64,000 nt of DNA, taken from Bacteroidia bacterium (GTDB taxonomy: Bacteria > Bacteroidota > Bacteroidia > Bacteroidales > CAJPTX01). Location of the stretch: positions 145,685-209,684 of the forward strand of contig PDTX01000003.1 in NCBI GenBank assembly GCA_002749065.1, read 5' to 3'. The notes under the pieces are model-generated. The model had not been told where the DNA came from. It made no database searches and saw only the letters and a program-made list of their open reading frames with translations. Every line of letters begins with the position of its first letter. Positions within the stretch are counted from its first letter, which is position 1. The position numbers were made by a program, and so were the translations under genes. Below are positions 36,380 through 44,525 of this stretch, piece after piece.

Positions 36380-37696
36380 ATGACACCATCGGACCAGAAG
36401 CGAATTCTCATCCTAGGAACAGGCGGACGCGAGCACGCGCTGGCGTGGCGGCTGATGCAGAGCCCCAGCAAGCCGGCGGTCTACGCGCTACCCGGCAATC
36501 CGGGTATGGAGGAGGACGGGGTGAGCTGCGTGGCGGGCGAATCCACGGATTTTGCCAGGGTTCGCACCGTATGCCTCGACCTCGGGATAGACCTCGTGGT
36601 GGTGGGCCCCGAGCAGGCCCTGGTCGATGGCATAGTGGACTTCTTCCGGGCGGACGATGCGCTGCGGAGCATCCCGGTCTTCGGACCATCGCGGCAGGCC
36701 GCCCACCTCGAGGGGAGTAAGCGCTTCGCCAAGGATTTCATGGCCCGCCACTCCATCCCGACCGCCCGCTACGGCAGCTTCACGCGCGAGAGCATCGAGG
36801 CTGCGATGGAGTTCCTCGCTACGATGCGCCCCCCCTACGTGCTGAAGGCCGATGGGCTGGCGGGGGGGAAGGGCGTGCTAATCCCCGAGACCCTCGAGGA
36901 GGCCCAAAGGGCGCTCAGGACCCTGCTGGACGGGCAGTTCGGCGAGGCTAGCAGCACGGTCGTAATCGAGGAATTCCTCCAGGGGCGCGAGGTCTCAGTC
37001 TTCGCCATATGCGATGGGGAGGACTACTACCTCCTCCCCCCGGCGAAGGACTACAAGCGCGCGCTCGACGGCGACAGGGGGCCCAATACGGGGGGGATGG
37101 GCTCGGTGAGCCCCGTGCCCTACGCCGACGACACATTCATGGCCCGAGTGGAGGAGCGCATCGTCAGGCCCACCCTCAGGGGGATGCGCGAGGAGGGCCA
37201 CCCCTTCGTGGGCTTCATGTTCCTGGGCCTGATGTGTAGCCCGGAGGGCGAGCCGCAGATGATAGAGTACAACGTGCGCATGGGCGACCCCGAGACCCAG
37301 GTGGTCATGCAGCGCGTGGAGGGCGACCTGGCCGGCATGCTGCTCTCCGCGGCCAAGGGCGAGCTCGGGGGGAAGCGCCTCGGGCTCAGCCGCGACTGCT
37401 GCGTCTCCATATCGCTGACCTCGGAGGGCTACCCGGGGAAGTACGAAACGGGGCGGGCGGTAACGGTGTCCCCCGTCGGAGATTTGCAGTGCAAGCTCTT
37501 CCATGCCGGCACGCAACGAGGGGAGGATGGCATCCTGCGCACCAAGGGCGGAAGGGTATTCTCGGCCTGTGGCAGAGGGGCAAGCCTCGAGGAGGCGCTC
37601 ACGAAGGCCCATCGCCAGGCGGCGGCCGTAGAGTATGAGGGAAAGACCTCACGCAGCGACATCGGTCAGGACATACAGCGCTACTCGGCCAGCTAG
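36380..37696 (+). CDS. purD: phosphoribosylamine--glycine ligase
   Basis: 438 aa from the ATG at 36380 (ILILGTGGREHALAW..., ATP-grasp body, GDPETQ). Confidence 0.95.
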   Translation: MTPSDQKRILILGTGGREHALAWRLMQSPSKPAVYALPGNPGMEEDGVSCVAGESTDFARVRTVCLDLGIDLVVVGPEQALVDGIVDFFRADDALRSIPVFGPSRQAAHLEGSKRFAKDFMARHSIPTARYGSFTRESIEAAMEFLATMRPPYVLKADGLAGGKGVLIPETLEEAQRALRTLLDGQFGEASSTVVIEEFLQGREVSVFAICDGEDYYLLPPAKDYKRALDGDRGPNTGGMGSVSPVPYADDTFMARVEERIVRPTLRGMREEGHPFVGFMFLGLMCSPEGEPQMIEYNVRMGDPETQVVMQRVEGDLAGMLLSAAKGELGGKRLGLSRDCCVSISLTSEGYPGKYETGRAVTVSPVGDLQCKLFHAGTQRGEDGILRTKGGRVFSACGRGASLEEALTKAHRQAAAVEYEGKTSRSDIGQDIQRYSAS

Positions 37697-37702
37697 CCGA
37701 CC

Positions 37703-38686
37703 ATGCTCGAATTCTTCAGCCATAAGCACCCCACACGAACACTCTGGGCGCTGCTCCTGGTGCTCATAACGTGGGCAGTGGGGCTATACGTCCACCCCCC
37801 CCTGTGGCAGGAATCCCCCCTACATGCCGGACTAATCAGCCTGGCAGTCAGCGGAATCAATCCATACCTCCTCAAATCCCTGGAGCTCCTCCTCCTTATG
37901 GGCACGGTTTTCGCCGTGCGGGCGCTGATGAACCGCCTGTTCAACTCCCTGTTCCAGAGCGGACTATACATCCTACTAGCCTGCCTGAGCGCCACCTCGC
38001 TTAGCCTCTCGAGAGCCCCCATGCTCGCTCCCGGCCTCGGCCTGATACTGCTGGTCTACGGAACCTACCTGCTTACCATACCCAGCGTATCCAGCATTCT
38101 CAGCAGTAGGGTATTACGTGCATCAGTCTCGCTATCAGTCGCAAGCCTCCTCTTCCTCCCCTACGGCCTGCTGCTCCCCATCCCCCTGCTGGCCACAGTC
38201 CAGAGGGGAGCTATGAACCCCCGGATATTCGCCGCCTGGCTGGCCGGAGCCCTCCTGCCACACGCATTCGCCCTCGCCACCTGCTACCTCTTCGGCATCT
38301 CCCTGCTGGCCTACATTCCGGACTATAGCCCTGCCGATATCACCCTCGAGGTCATCCTTAGCACCCTGAACATCAACCCCTTGCAGCTAGCCTACTGGTT
38401 CAGCCTAATCACCCTCTGGGTGGTGGCCGAGCTGCTCTACCCACCCCAGCTGAGCAGCCAACGCAACAGCTACCTTCTGGCCAGAAACCTACGTATATTC
38501 ACCATCATAGCCCTCCTCATCAGCCTGATACTCACCGGTGCGACCACCGGGCTGAGCCTGGCACTCGGACCGACCATGAGCATCCCCATCACCCGCCTCC
38601 TCCTCTCCAGCCAGCGCGCCTGGCTCAAGACCCTCCTCTTCACCACCCTGCTCGCCATGGCCCTCATTACCCAGCTTGTGGGTTAG
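37703..38686 (+). CDS. polytopic membrane protein (hypothetical)
   Basis: 327 aa with about 9 hydrophobic segments. It starts 7 nt after purD. No recognisable family. Confidence 0.7.
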   Translation: MLEFFSHKHPTRTLWALLLVLITWAVGLYVHPPLWQESPLHAGLISLAVSGINPYLLKSLELLLLMGTVFAVRALMNRLFNSLFQSGLYILLACLSATSLSLSRAPMLAPGLGLILLVYGTYLLTIPSVSSILSSRVLRASVSLSVASLLFLPYGLLLPIPLLATVQRGAMNPRIFAAWLAGALLPHAFALATCYLFGISLLAYIPDYSPADITLEVILSTLNINPLQLAYWFSLITLWVVAELLYPPQLSSQRNSYLLARNLRIFTIIALLISLILTGATTGLSLALGPTMSIPITRLLLSSQRAWLKTLLFTTLLAMALITQLVG

Positions 38687-38754
38687 CCCGCAAAGAAGAT
38701 TTACCCCCCGAGAATAGAATGAAAAACGGGTATCATCCAAAAAATGATTGGCAT

Positions 38755-39090
38755 ATGGAAACCATTGATTACTTGACCTTTGCATCCGTAAACATGCATG
38801 TGGGCACCATCCTCGAAGCCACGCCCAACGAGAAGGCCCGCATGCCCGCCTACAAATTGCTCATAGACTTCGGACCGCTGGGTACAAAGAGTAGCTCGGC
38901 CCAGATTACCGAGCACTATACCCCTGAGCAGCTGCGAGGTATGCAGATTATCGCGGTGCTCAATTTTGAGCCCAAGCGTATCGCCGGTTTCAAATCCGAG
39001 GTGCTGGTCCTGGCCGCCGTCAGCGATACGGAGGGCACCGTCCTCCTGCAGCCCACCCAGTATGTCGCCAATGGCGCGCGCATTAGCTAG
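38755..39090 (+). CDS. tRNA-binding domain protein (CsaA/YgjH-like)
   Basis: 111 aa from the ATG at 38755 (METIDYLTFASVNMHVGTILEA...ARMPAYKLLIDFG...SSAQIT). The longer start at 38719 is also an ATG, but it exceeds the usual family length. Confidence 0.8.
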   Translation: METIDYLTFASVNMHVGTILEATPNEKARMPAYKLLIDFGPLGTKSSSAQITEHYTPEQLRGMQIIAVLNFEPKRIAGFKSEVLVLAAVSDTEGTVLLQPTQYVANGARIS

Positions 39091-39751
39091 GGTATAGCTT
39101 TCGGTAGCAACTCGACACAGTGGGTATGCCCCATCCCGGGGAAATCCACGGCTTTTTTGCGTGCGTACGGTATAAGCCCCGGAAGGTCCGCAATTATCGC
39201 CGTAGAGCCTTTTGTCAGCCTGAGCTCTCCGGAGCCCACTAGGTAGGGTAGGGCAGGAGCGAGTATTCAGTCCCGAGAAGTGCGGTATACATTTGTACAA
39301 TAGTGTATTTTCATTCGCAAGCTTTTTATTCATGAGTACTTTTTATACTGTATAGTAGCATATTAAGTATAGAATAATCCGATGACACTAGGATTTTTAC
39401 CCTCGAATACTCCCCGCCCATCCACGAGTATGAGCCACTACACGAGCTTTTCCCCTTCACTAGCTTGGTAACCAAGCCCGAACTCGCCTTTTCCTCCTCT
39501 CCCCACCCCTTATGGGGAGAATTCATCTTTCAAAAGTGGGCCTGAAAACGCGGAGCTGGCAGAGCGGAGCAAAAGACGAACAGAAAGTGCTATCCAAGCT
39601 ATTATGCTGGGGCTTAGAGCAAGGGTGCTGAAGCTAGTGAAGAGGCGTATACAATTTACAGCTCCACGGCTATGGAGTAGATGGAAAATATTGCTACATT
39701 TGTAGCGACCAAATAGGCCACAGGACTAATTCGTCGGCGGTGGCCGTAATG

Positions 39752-39759
39752 TACTTTTG
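39752..39759 (+). promoter_or_regulatory. -7 promoter box TACTTTTG flanked by the inverted repeat CGTCGGCG / CGCCGACG
   Basis: Perfect box 37 nt upstream of the HTH gene ATG. The inverted-repeat arms are at 39732-39739 and 39767-39774. Confidence 0.45.
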
Positions 39760-39783
39760 TAACACTCGCCGACGTCGGATAAA

Positions 39784-39793
39784 TACATTTGTA
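39784..39793 (+). promoter_or_regulatory. TACATTTGTA box (promoter -7 box and/or operator) abutting the HTH start codon
   Basis: This is the third copy of the same 10-mer (the others are at 39288-39297 and 39695-39704). It has TACA/TGTA inverted arms and ends 2 nt before the ATG at 39796. Confidence 0.4.
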
Positions 39794-39795
39794 TC

Positions 39796-40413
39796 ATGAA
39801 GGATGGGGTAAAGGATGGTTCTATAGGTGCTAGGATACGTGGCATCATGGATTCCTACAGCCTTAATGCCAAGGAGTTCTCCGAGCGACTGGGCACAAGC
39901 GCCGGCACGGTGAGCCACTGGCTGAGCGGACGGAATGGCCCCTCGTACGAGGTGATAGTGAAAATCATCGAGGAGTTCCCCACAGTCTCCCTCAACTGGC
40001 TCATCCTGGGCGAGGGAGGAATGCATCGGGAGGCCGCCGTACGGCATACTGTCCCCCTATTCACCGCAGATACATCACCCACCAGCGAGGAGGAATTGCC
40101 CCCGCCCATCCCGGCAGGCTCTGGAGCCCCAGGGACAGGCGGGGCAAACGAAAATCATCCCGAAGAGGATACCGATGTAAATGGCCCTAAGTCGGCCACA
40201 GAAATTACAGATGGAAATCTTCAGGCCTGCCCAGAGGACCCACGGCGAAATACAAGTGTAACCCACCAATCCCCTGAGCATCCCATTGCCCACCGCGAGG
40301 AGTTTACATTTGCTTCTGCTGGAAAGCTACAAATGGAAAGTGTCGAGCATAGCCCCGATATCATTATCCTCCTACCCGACGGCACCTATCAGCGCTATAC
40401 ACCCCGCAAATAG
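39796..40413 (+). CDS. XRE-family helix-turn-helix DNA-binding protein with long disordered C-terminal region
   Basis: 205 aa. The N-terminal ~70 aa form an HTH_3-like region (IRGIMDSYSLNAKEFSERLGTSAGTVSHWLSGRNGPSYEVIVKI...WLILGEG). The remainder is Pro/Glu/Thr-rich. Confidence 0.75.
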   Translation: MKDGVKDGSIGARIRGIMDSYSLNAKEFSERLGTSAGTVSHWLSGRNGPSYEVIVKIIEEFPTVSLNWLILGEGGMHREAAVRHTVPLFTADTSPTSEEELPPPIPAGSGAPGTGGANENHPEEDTDVNGPKSATEITDGNLQACPEDPRRNTSVTHQSPEHPIAHREEFTFASAGKLQMESVEHSPDIIILLPDGTYQRYTPRK

Positions 40414-40460
40414 CCTATTTTGTAGTCCGGGATGCGCCAAATTGCCCAGAAGAAAATCGC

Positions 40461-40468
40461 TATCTTCG
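40461..40468 (+). promoter_or_regulatory. -7 promoter box (TATCTTCG) for rnpB
   Basis: Near-consensus box about 17-20 nt upstream of the P1 stem of the RNase P RNA. Confidence 0.4.
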
Positions 40469-40484
40469 CGCCATGTTCTTTGGG

Positions 40485-40910
40485 CATGAGGGATGCGCGG
40501 GCAGCCGTACAGTTCCCCTCCGTAGGGAGCTGTGAGGAAAGTCCGGGCACCAGCGGGCAGCCTGCTACCTAACGGGTAGACGGTCGTGAGGTTGTGCCGA
40601 CGCAGCAGAAAATAACCGCTCGGATAGGCCCCTGTGGTTCAGACGAGCAAGGGTGAGAACGTGGGGTAAGAGCCCACGGCCCTGCCCGGTGACGGGTATG
40701 GGCGTGCGTCGCCAGGCGGTGCAAAATCATGTAGGCCTACTGGGGCGTGAGCCCTTCGGGAGGCCCTCTCGATGCCTTTCCCCCTGTGGGCAAGGCCAGT
40801 AGGTGGGTAGATTGCTAGAGTCCATTGGCGACAGTGGACCAAGATAAATGGCTGCTAACCAGCGGTTTTCCACTGGGATACAGAACCCGGCTTACAGCGC
40901 ATCCCTTATG
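40485..40910 (+). ncRNA. rnpB: RNase P RNA, bacterial type A
   Basis: Universally conserved GAGGAAAGTCCGGGC (P4 5' strand) and ACAGAACCCGGCTTA (P4 3' strand). The P1 stem pairs CATGAGGGATGCGC with GCGCATCCCTTATG. Ends are +/- a few nt. Confidence 0.9.
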
Positions 40911-40995
40911 CCCTCAGAGCATCCCTCCCGCCCTGCAATCCTGCTGTCCCACATAAAATTCTTCCCCCTAATCGTCTTATTCTCGGGACTTTGCT

Positions 40996-41003
40996 TACCT
41001 TTG
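40996..41003 (+). promoter_or_regulatory. -7 promoter box TACCTTTG for nhaC
   Basis: Perfect box 106 nt upstream of the ATG at 41109. Confidence 0.4.
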
Positions 41004-41108
41004 TAGCCACGCAAAAAAGTGTCGGAGACCAAAATCTATAGCTTGCGAAACCTCGTAATGCCCATTCCATTAGGGAGTTAGCGTGGGTTTCTATCGTTTA
41101 GCGACAAT

Positions 41109-42572
41109 ATGGAGAATACGCCTAGCATAGTGCACAGGAAGCCGTCCCTCGGATTGGCAGTCATCCCCTTTGTGACCCTCATCGCGGCCATGCTGCCCAC
41201 GGTGATAGTCCTAGGGGCCGACCCTCAAATTCCGCTCATCATCGGTAGCGTCGTGACGGCCTTCATCGGCGTCAAATTCCTCGGCTACAAATGGAGCGAG
41301 ATTGAGGATGCCATGATACAGACCAACGGCACGACCATGCAGGCCAACTTCATCATCATGATTGTGGGCTGCCTCATCGCCGTGTGGATTGCCGGCGGCA
41401 TAGTCCCCACCCTCATCTACTACGGTCTGCAGCTCTTCACCCCCAGCACCTTCCTCATCGTTCTACCCCTGGTCTGCGCCGTGGTCGCCATCTCCACGGG
41501 CAGCGCTTGGTCCACGGCCGGCACCATGGGCGTGGCCGCCATCGGGATTGCCTCGGGGCTAGGCATCCCCCTCCCCCTGGCCGCCGGGGCGGTCATCACC
41601 GGCGCGCAGTTCGGCGACAAGCTCTCGCCCCTCTCCGACACCACCAACCTCGCCCCCGGCGTATCCGGGGCCAACGTCTTCGAGCACATCAAGTCCCTAC
41701 TCTGGACCACGCTCCCGTCCTTCACCCTGGCCATCGCCATCTTCGCCTGGATGGGCAGCGGCTACTCGGCCGACCAGATGGACACCCAGCAGATTGACGG
41801 TATACTCCGCGGCCTGGAGGCCAACTTCCACATCACCCCCTGGGCCCTGCTGGCCCCCCTCTCCGTCATCGCCATCATCCTCCTGAGGATACCGGCCGTC
41901 CCGGGCATGATACTGGCCACCCTCATCGGCTGCCTCTTCGCCGCAAGCCAAGGGGTAGGCCTGGCCGACATGCTCATCATGATGATAAATGGCTTCAAGA
42001 TTGAGTCCGGCAACGAGATGATTGACGTGCTCCTCAACCGGGGCGGCATGCAGAGCATGATGTACACCATCTCCCTGGTCATCTGCGCCCTCTCCTTCGG
42101 CGGAGCCGTGCAGAAAATCGGCTGCCTCGACACCTTCATCGGTGGCCTGCTCCGCCTCTTCCGCTCCCGCGGCGCGGTCATCACCTCCAACCTCCTGGCC
42201 TGCTACGCCATGAACGTCTTCGCGGCCGACCAGTACATGTCCATCGTCATACCCGGGCAGATGTACCGCCGGCTCTACCAGAAGCTCAACATACACCCCA
42301 GCGTGGCCTCCCGTATCCTCGAGGATGCCGGGACGCTCACCTCCGGCACCGTCCCCTGGACCACCTGCGGCGCGGTCTACTTCGCCTGCCTGGGCGTGAG
42401 CGCCTGGGAGTACGCCCCCTACTGCCTCATGGCCATCATCACCCCCATCCTCTCGGCCTTCTACGGCTTCACCGGCCTGACCCTCGCCCCGCTCGACCCC
42501 AACAAGCCCATCCTCAAGCACATAACACCCGAAGCCTACGCCGAGGTGGAGAATTCGCAACGCCAGGCATAG
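41109..42572 (+). CDS. nhaC: Na+/H+ antiporter NhaC family protein
   Basis: 487 aa with about 11-12 TM segments. The overall sequence pattern is typical of the NhaC family. Confidence 0.88.
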   Translation: MENTPSIVHRKPSLGLAVIPFVTLIAAMLPTVIVLGADPQIPLIIGSVVTAFIGVKFLGYKWSEIEDAMIQTNGTTMQANFIIMIVGCLIAVWIAGGIVPTLIYYGLQLFTPSTFLIVLPLVCAVVAISTGSAWSTAGTMGVAAIGIASGLGIPLPLAAGAVITGAQFGDKLSPLSDTTNLAPGVSGANVFEHIKSLLWTTLPSFTLAIAIFAWMGSGYSADQMDTQQIDGILRGLEANFHITPWALLAPLSVIAIILLRIPAVPGMILATLIGCLFAASQGVGLADMLIMMINGFKIESGNEMIDVLLNRGGMQSMMYTISLVICALSFGGAVQKIGCLDTFIGGLLRLFRSRGAVITSNLLACYAMNVFAADQYMSIVIPGQMYRRLYQKLNIHPSVASRILEDAGTLTSGTVPWTTCGAVYFACLGVSAWEYAPYCLMAIITPILSAFYGFTGLTLAPLDPNKPILKHITPEAYAEVENSQRQA

Positions 42573-42574
42573 CC

Positions 42575-42931
42575 ATGGAAGGGACGAGTAGGGTATCGGT
42601 ATGGTTGGGCTCTTTTGACAATGAAGAGCAGCTCAATGCGTACGTAGAGGAGCAGTTCGATGAGGAAGGCAATGTGAGCTCGGCATTCATGAGGGACTTC
42701 GGAATCGACTTTATAGACAGCCAGTTTCAGGAAGTGCTATTCAGCCGTGAGCTGAAACGGGATGATATTGCGCCCGCCTCATACTCGGAGAGCTTTCTGG
42801 ACGAAATAGCGGTAGATTTCTCCAGGTATAACAGCCTTATCCTGCTGTACAATTTTAGCTACGACAAGACGGTGGACAGGGTGGGTAGGCTGGCATTTAT
42901 CGGGGTATATGATTATACCATAGGGGAATAG
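42575..42931 (+). CDS. Imm22-like polymorphic-toxin immunity protein (orphan)
   Basis: 118 aa. VSVWLGSFDNEEQLNAYVEE...F.RDFGIDFIDSQFQEV...SYSESF matches my memory of the Immunity-22 family pattern (vs.W.G.f.seeel..Y......F..d.gi...yDedf). The ATG lies 2 nt after the nhaC stop. Two 60-nt lines hand-count to about 48% G+C, against about 72% in the adjacent nhaC. Confidence 0.6.
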   Translation: MEGTSRVSVWLGSFDNEEQLNAYVEEQFDEEGNVSSAFMRDFGIDFIDSQFQEVLFSRELKRDDIAPASYSESFLDEIAVDFSRYNSLILLYNFSYDKTVDRVGRLAFIGVYDYTIGE

Positions 42932-43407
42932 CCTCCCGTTGATACTCACGGTCATAGGGGGTGGAGCTTCATGCGTCGGTGGACAAAGGGATGGGAAGCG
43001 CCACCGGGCTTTTCTGCGCAGGGCGGAGCCTGTGAGAAGGCGCCGATTGCTCGTCGGCGGTTGTATATATCCGTAGGCCATTCTGGCAAGCCGGTTGGAA
43101 GAGAAAGTTACCAGCGTACTATATAGAATGGAGCTGGAGGACGTGCGCGACCCCGCATGCCGAGGCAGACGATGCGGCGAATGGGAGTGCTAGGTCCAGC
43201 TGGGAATAAGCATTGGGCGAGGAAGGCGCTCATTCTGCGCGCCTTGGTGCTTGGCCCTATTTCCGGGATACCGTTTGCCGATAATGCATATTATGTTCAA
43301 TAGCCTATTCCCACCACGGATGCACCCCTTTCCCCACTCTTTTCGGGATGCGGTGGATTCAGGCTCATGCGGAGCCCCCCGCCCCGCTGCCCGCAGAGCC
43401 GTGGTAG

Positions 43408-43809
43408 CTAGAGCCGCTCGTAGGCCTCGGCGATGCGGCTGGCCAGGGTCTGCATCTCCTCGGCCGGGATGTCGCTGAGCTTGTGGCGGAAGTCCATGTC
43501 CCCCTCCTGGCTGATGGGGATGAGGTGGATGTGGGCGTGAGGCACCTCGAGGCCTATGACGGCCACCCCGACGCGTTTGCAGGGCACGACGGCCTCTATG
43601 GCCCGGGCCAGCCGCTTGGCCATGGGGAGCATCTCGGCCAGCAGGTCGTCGGGCAGGCCGAAGAGGTAGTCCTGCTCGAGCTTCGGGACGAGCAGCACGT
43701 GGCCCTTCTGCACCGGGTTGATATCGAGGAAGGCGTAGAAGTGCTCGTTCTCGGCCACCCTGTAGCTGGGGATTTCCCCCTTGATGATCCGTGTGAATAT
43801 GCTTGGCAT
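43408..43809 (-). CDS. HIT family protein (histidine triad nucleotide-binding)
   Basis: 133 aa from the ATG at 43807-09, with the HxHxHxx motif VPHAHIHLIP. The upstream part of the 362-aa track ORF is an alternate frame of greA. Confidence 0.9.
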   Translation of the reverse strand: MPSIFTRIIKGEIPSYRVAENEHFYAFLDINPVQKGHVLLVPKLEQDYLFGLPDDLLAEMLPMAKRLARAIEAVVPCKRVGVAVIGLEVPHAHIHLIPISQEGDMDFRHKLSDIPAEEMQTLASRIAEAYERL

Positions 43810-43865
43810 GGGTCTTATCTTCCTGTCTGTGTGTTCCGTTGGTTTCCCAGGGCGTGGCTTGGGGT

Positions 43866-44339
43866 CTATATGCCGATTTCGAGTATCTCGAGCTTCTGCA
43901 TGCCGTTGGGGACCTGCACCTCGACGATTTCGCCGATTTTGCGCCCCAGCAGGGCCTTGGCGATGGGCGTGCCGATGGAGAGCTTCTTCTCGCGGAGGTT
44001 GGCCTCGCTCTCGGAGACGAGGGTGTACTCCACCACCCGGCCGAGGGTGTGGTTCTTCATCTTGACCCGGCAGTGCATCTGCACCTCGGAGAGGTCGAGC
44101 TTGGAGGGGTCGATCTCCCGGGCCATGGAGAGGGTCCGCTCCATCTGCGATATCTTGGTCTCGAGGAGCACCTGGGCCTCCTTGGCCGCGTCGTACTCCG
44201 CGTTCTCGGAGAGGTCGCCCTTGTCGCGCGCCTCCGCGATGGCCTGCACAACCGCTGGTCGCTCCACCGATTTGAGCTCCAGCAGCTCCGCCTCGAGCTT
44301 GGCAATACCCTCGGCTGTCATATAGATTACATCCGCCAT
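43866..44339 (-). CDS. greA: transcription elongation factor GreA
   Basis: 157 aa from the ATG at 44337-39 (MADVIYMTAEGIAKLEAELLELK...GDLSENAEYDAAKE...). The start was chosen for family length and for lying 34 nt from the promoter box. The ATG at 44363 is an alternative. Confidence 0.88.
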   Translation of the reverse strand: MADVIYMTAEGIAKLEAELLELKSVERPAVVQAIAEARDKGDLSENAEYDAAKEAQVLLETKISQMERTLSMAREIDPSKLDLSEVQMHCRVKMKNHTLGRVVEYTLVSESEANLREKKLSIGTPIAKALLGRKIGEIVEVQVPNGMQKLEILEIGI

Positions 44340-44372
44340 ATCTATACCTATTTTCTTCGACATATTGAAAGG

Positions 44373-44380
44373 CAAAGATA
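44373..44380 (-). promoter_or_regulatory. -7 promoter box TATCTTTG (minus strand) for greA-HIT
   Basis: Perfect TAnnTTTG match upstream of both candidate greA starts. Confidence 0.5.
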
Positions 44381-44525
44381 GATATATTTCCCGTACGGCT
44401 GCCGCCTCGGCGAAAGTATACCTGTGGCCTGGGGCGGGCGGTCTGGGCGGGGGGCGAATAAACAATCGGGGGCGGGCAAACGTTGGTTTCGTACATTGTA
44501 TCATTCCCTAAATCGCCATACCCTC

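Noticed and set aside
39150-39200. A CCGGAAGG motif that reminded me of the SRP (4.5S) RNA conserved loop.
   Set aside because: The flanking GGAAGCAGC and symmetric-loop sequences required for domain IV are absent, and I could not draw an extended hairpin.
38701-39333. A 210-aa minus-strand ORF starting in the AT-rich region.
   Set aside because: Two-thirds of it is antisense to the well-supported tRNA-binding-protein gene. The intergenic part has no GC3 bias and no recognisable motif.
39290-39400. An oriC or DNA-unwinding-element interpretation of the 28-40% G+C core with short inverted and direct repeats.
   Set aside because: There is no cluster of DnaA boxes (TTATCCACA or its complement), only partial matches. 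There are no dnaA/dnaN neighbours, and I could not assess any strand-skew change.
39326-39526. A 66-aa minus-strand ORF (MNSPHKGWGEEEK...) with a CACTTTTG box-like sequence 4 nt upstream.
   Set aside because: It has a low-complexity product and no GC3 codon bias in a high-GC genome. It overlaps a hairpin, and the box lacks the conserved TA. I kept it only as part of the non-coding-region finding.
40639-40842. A 67-aa minus-strand ORF.
   Set aside because: It lies entirely inside the RNase P RNA gene.
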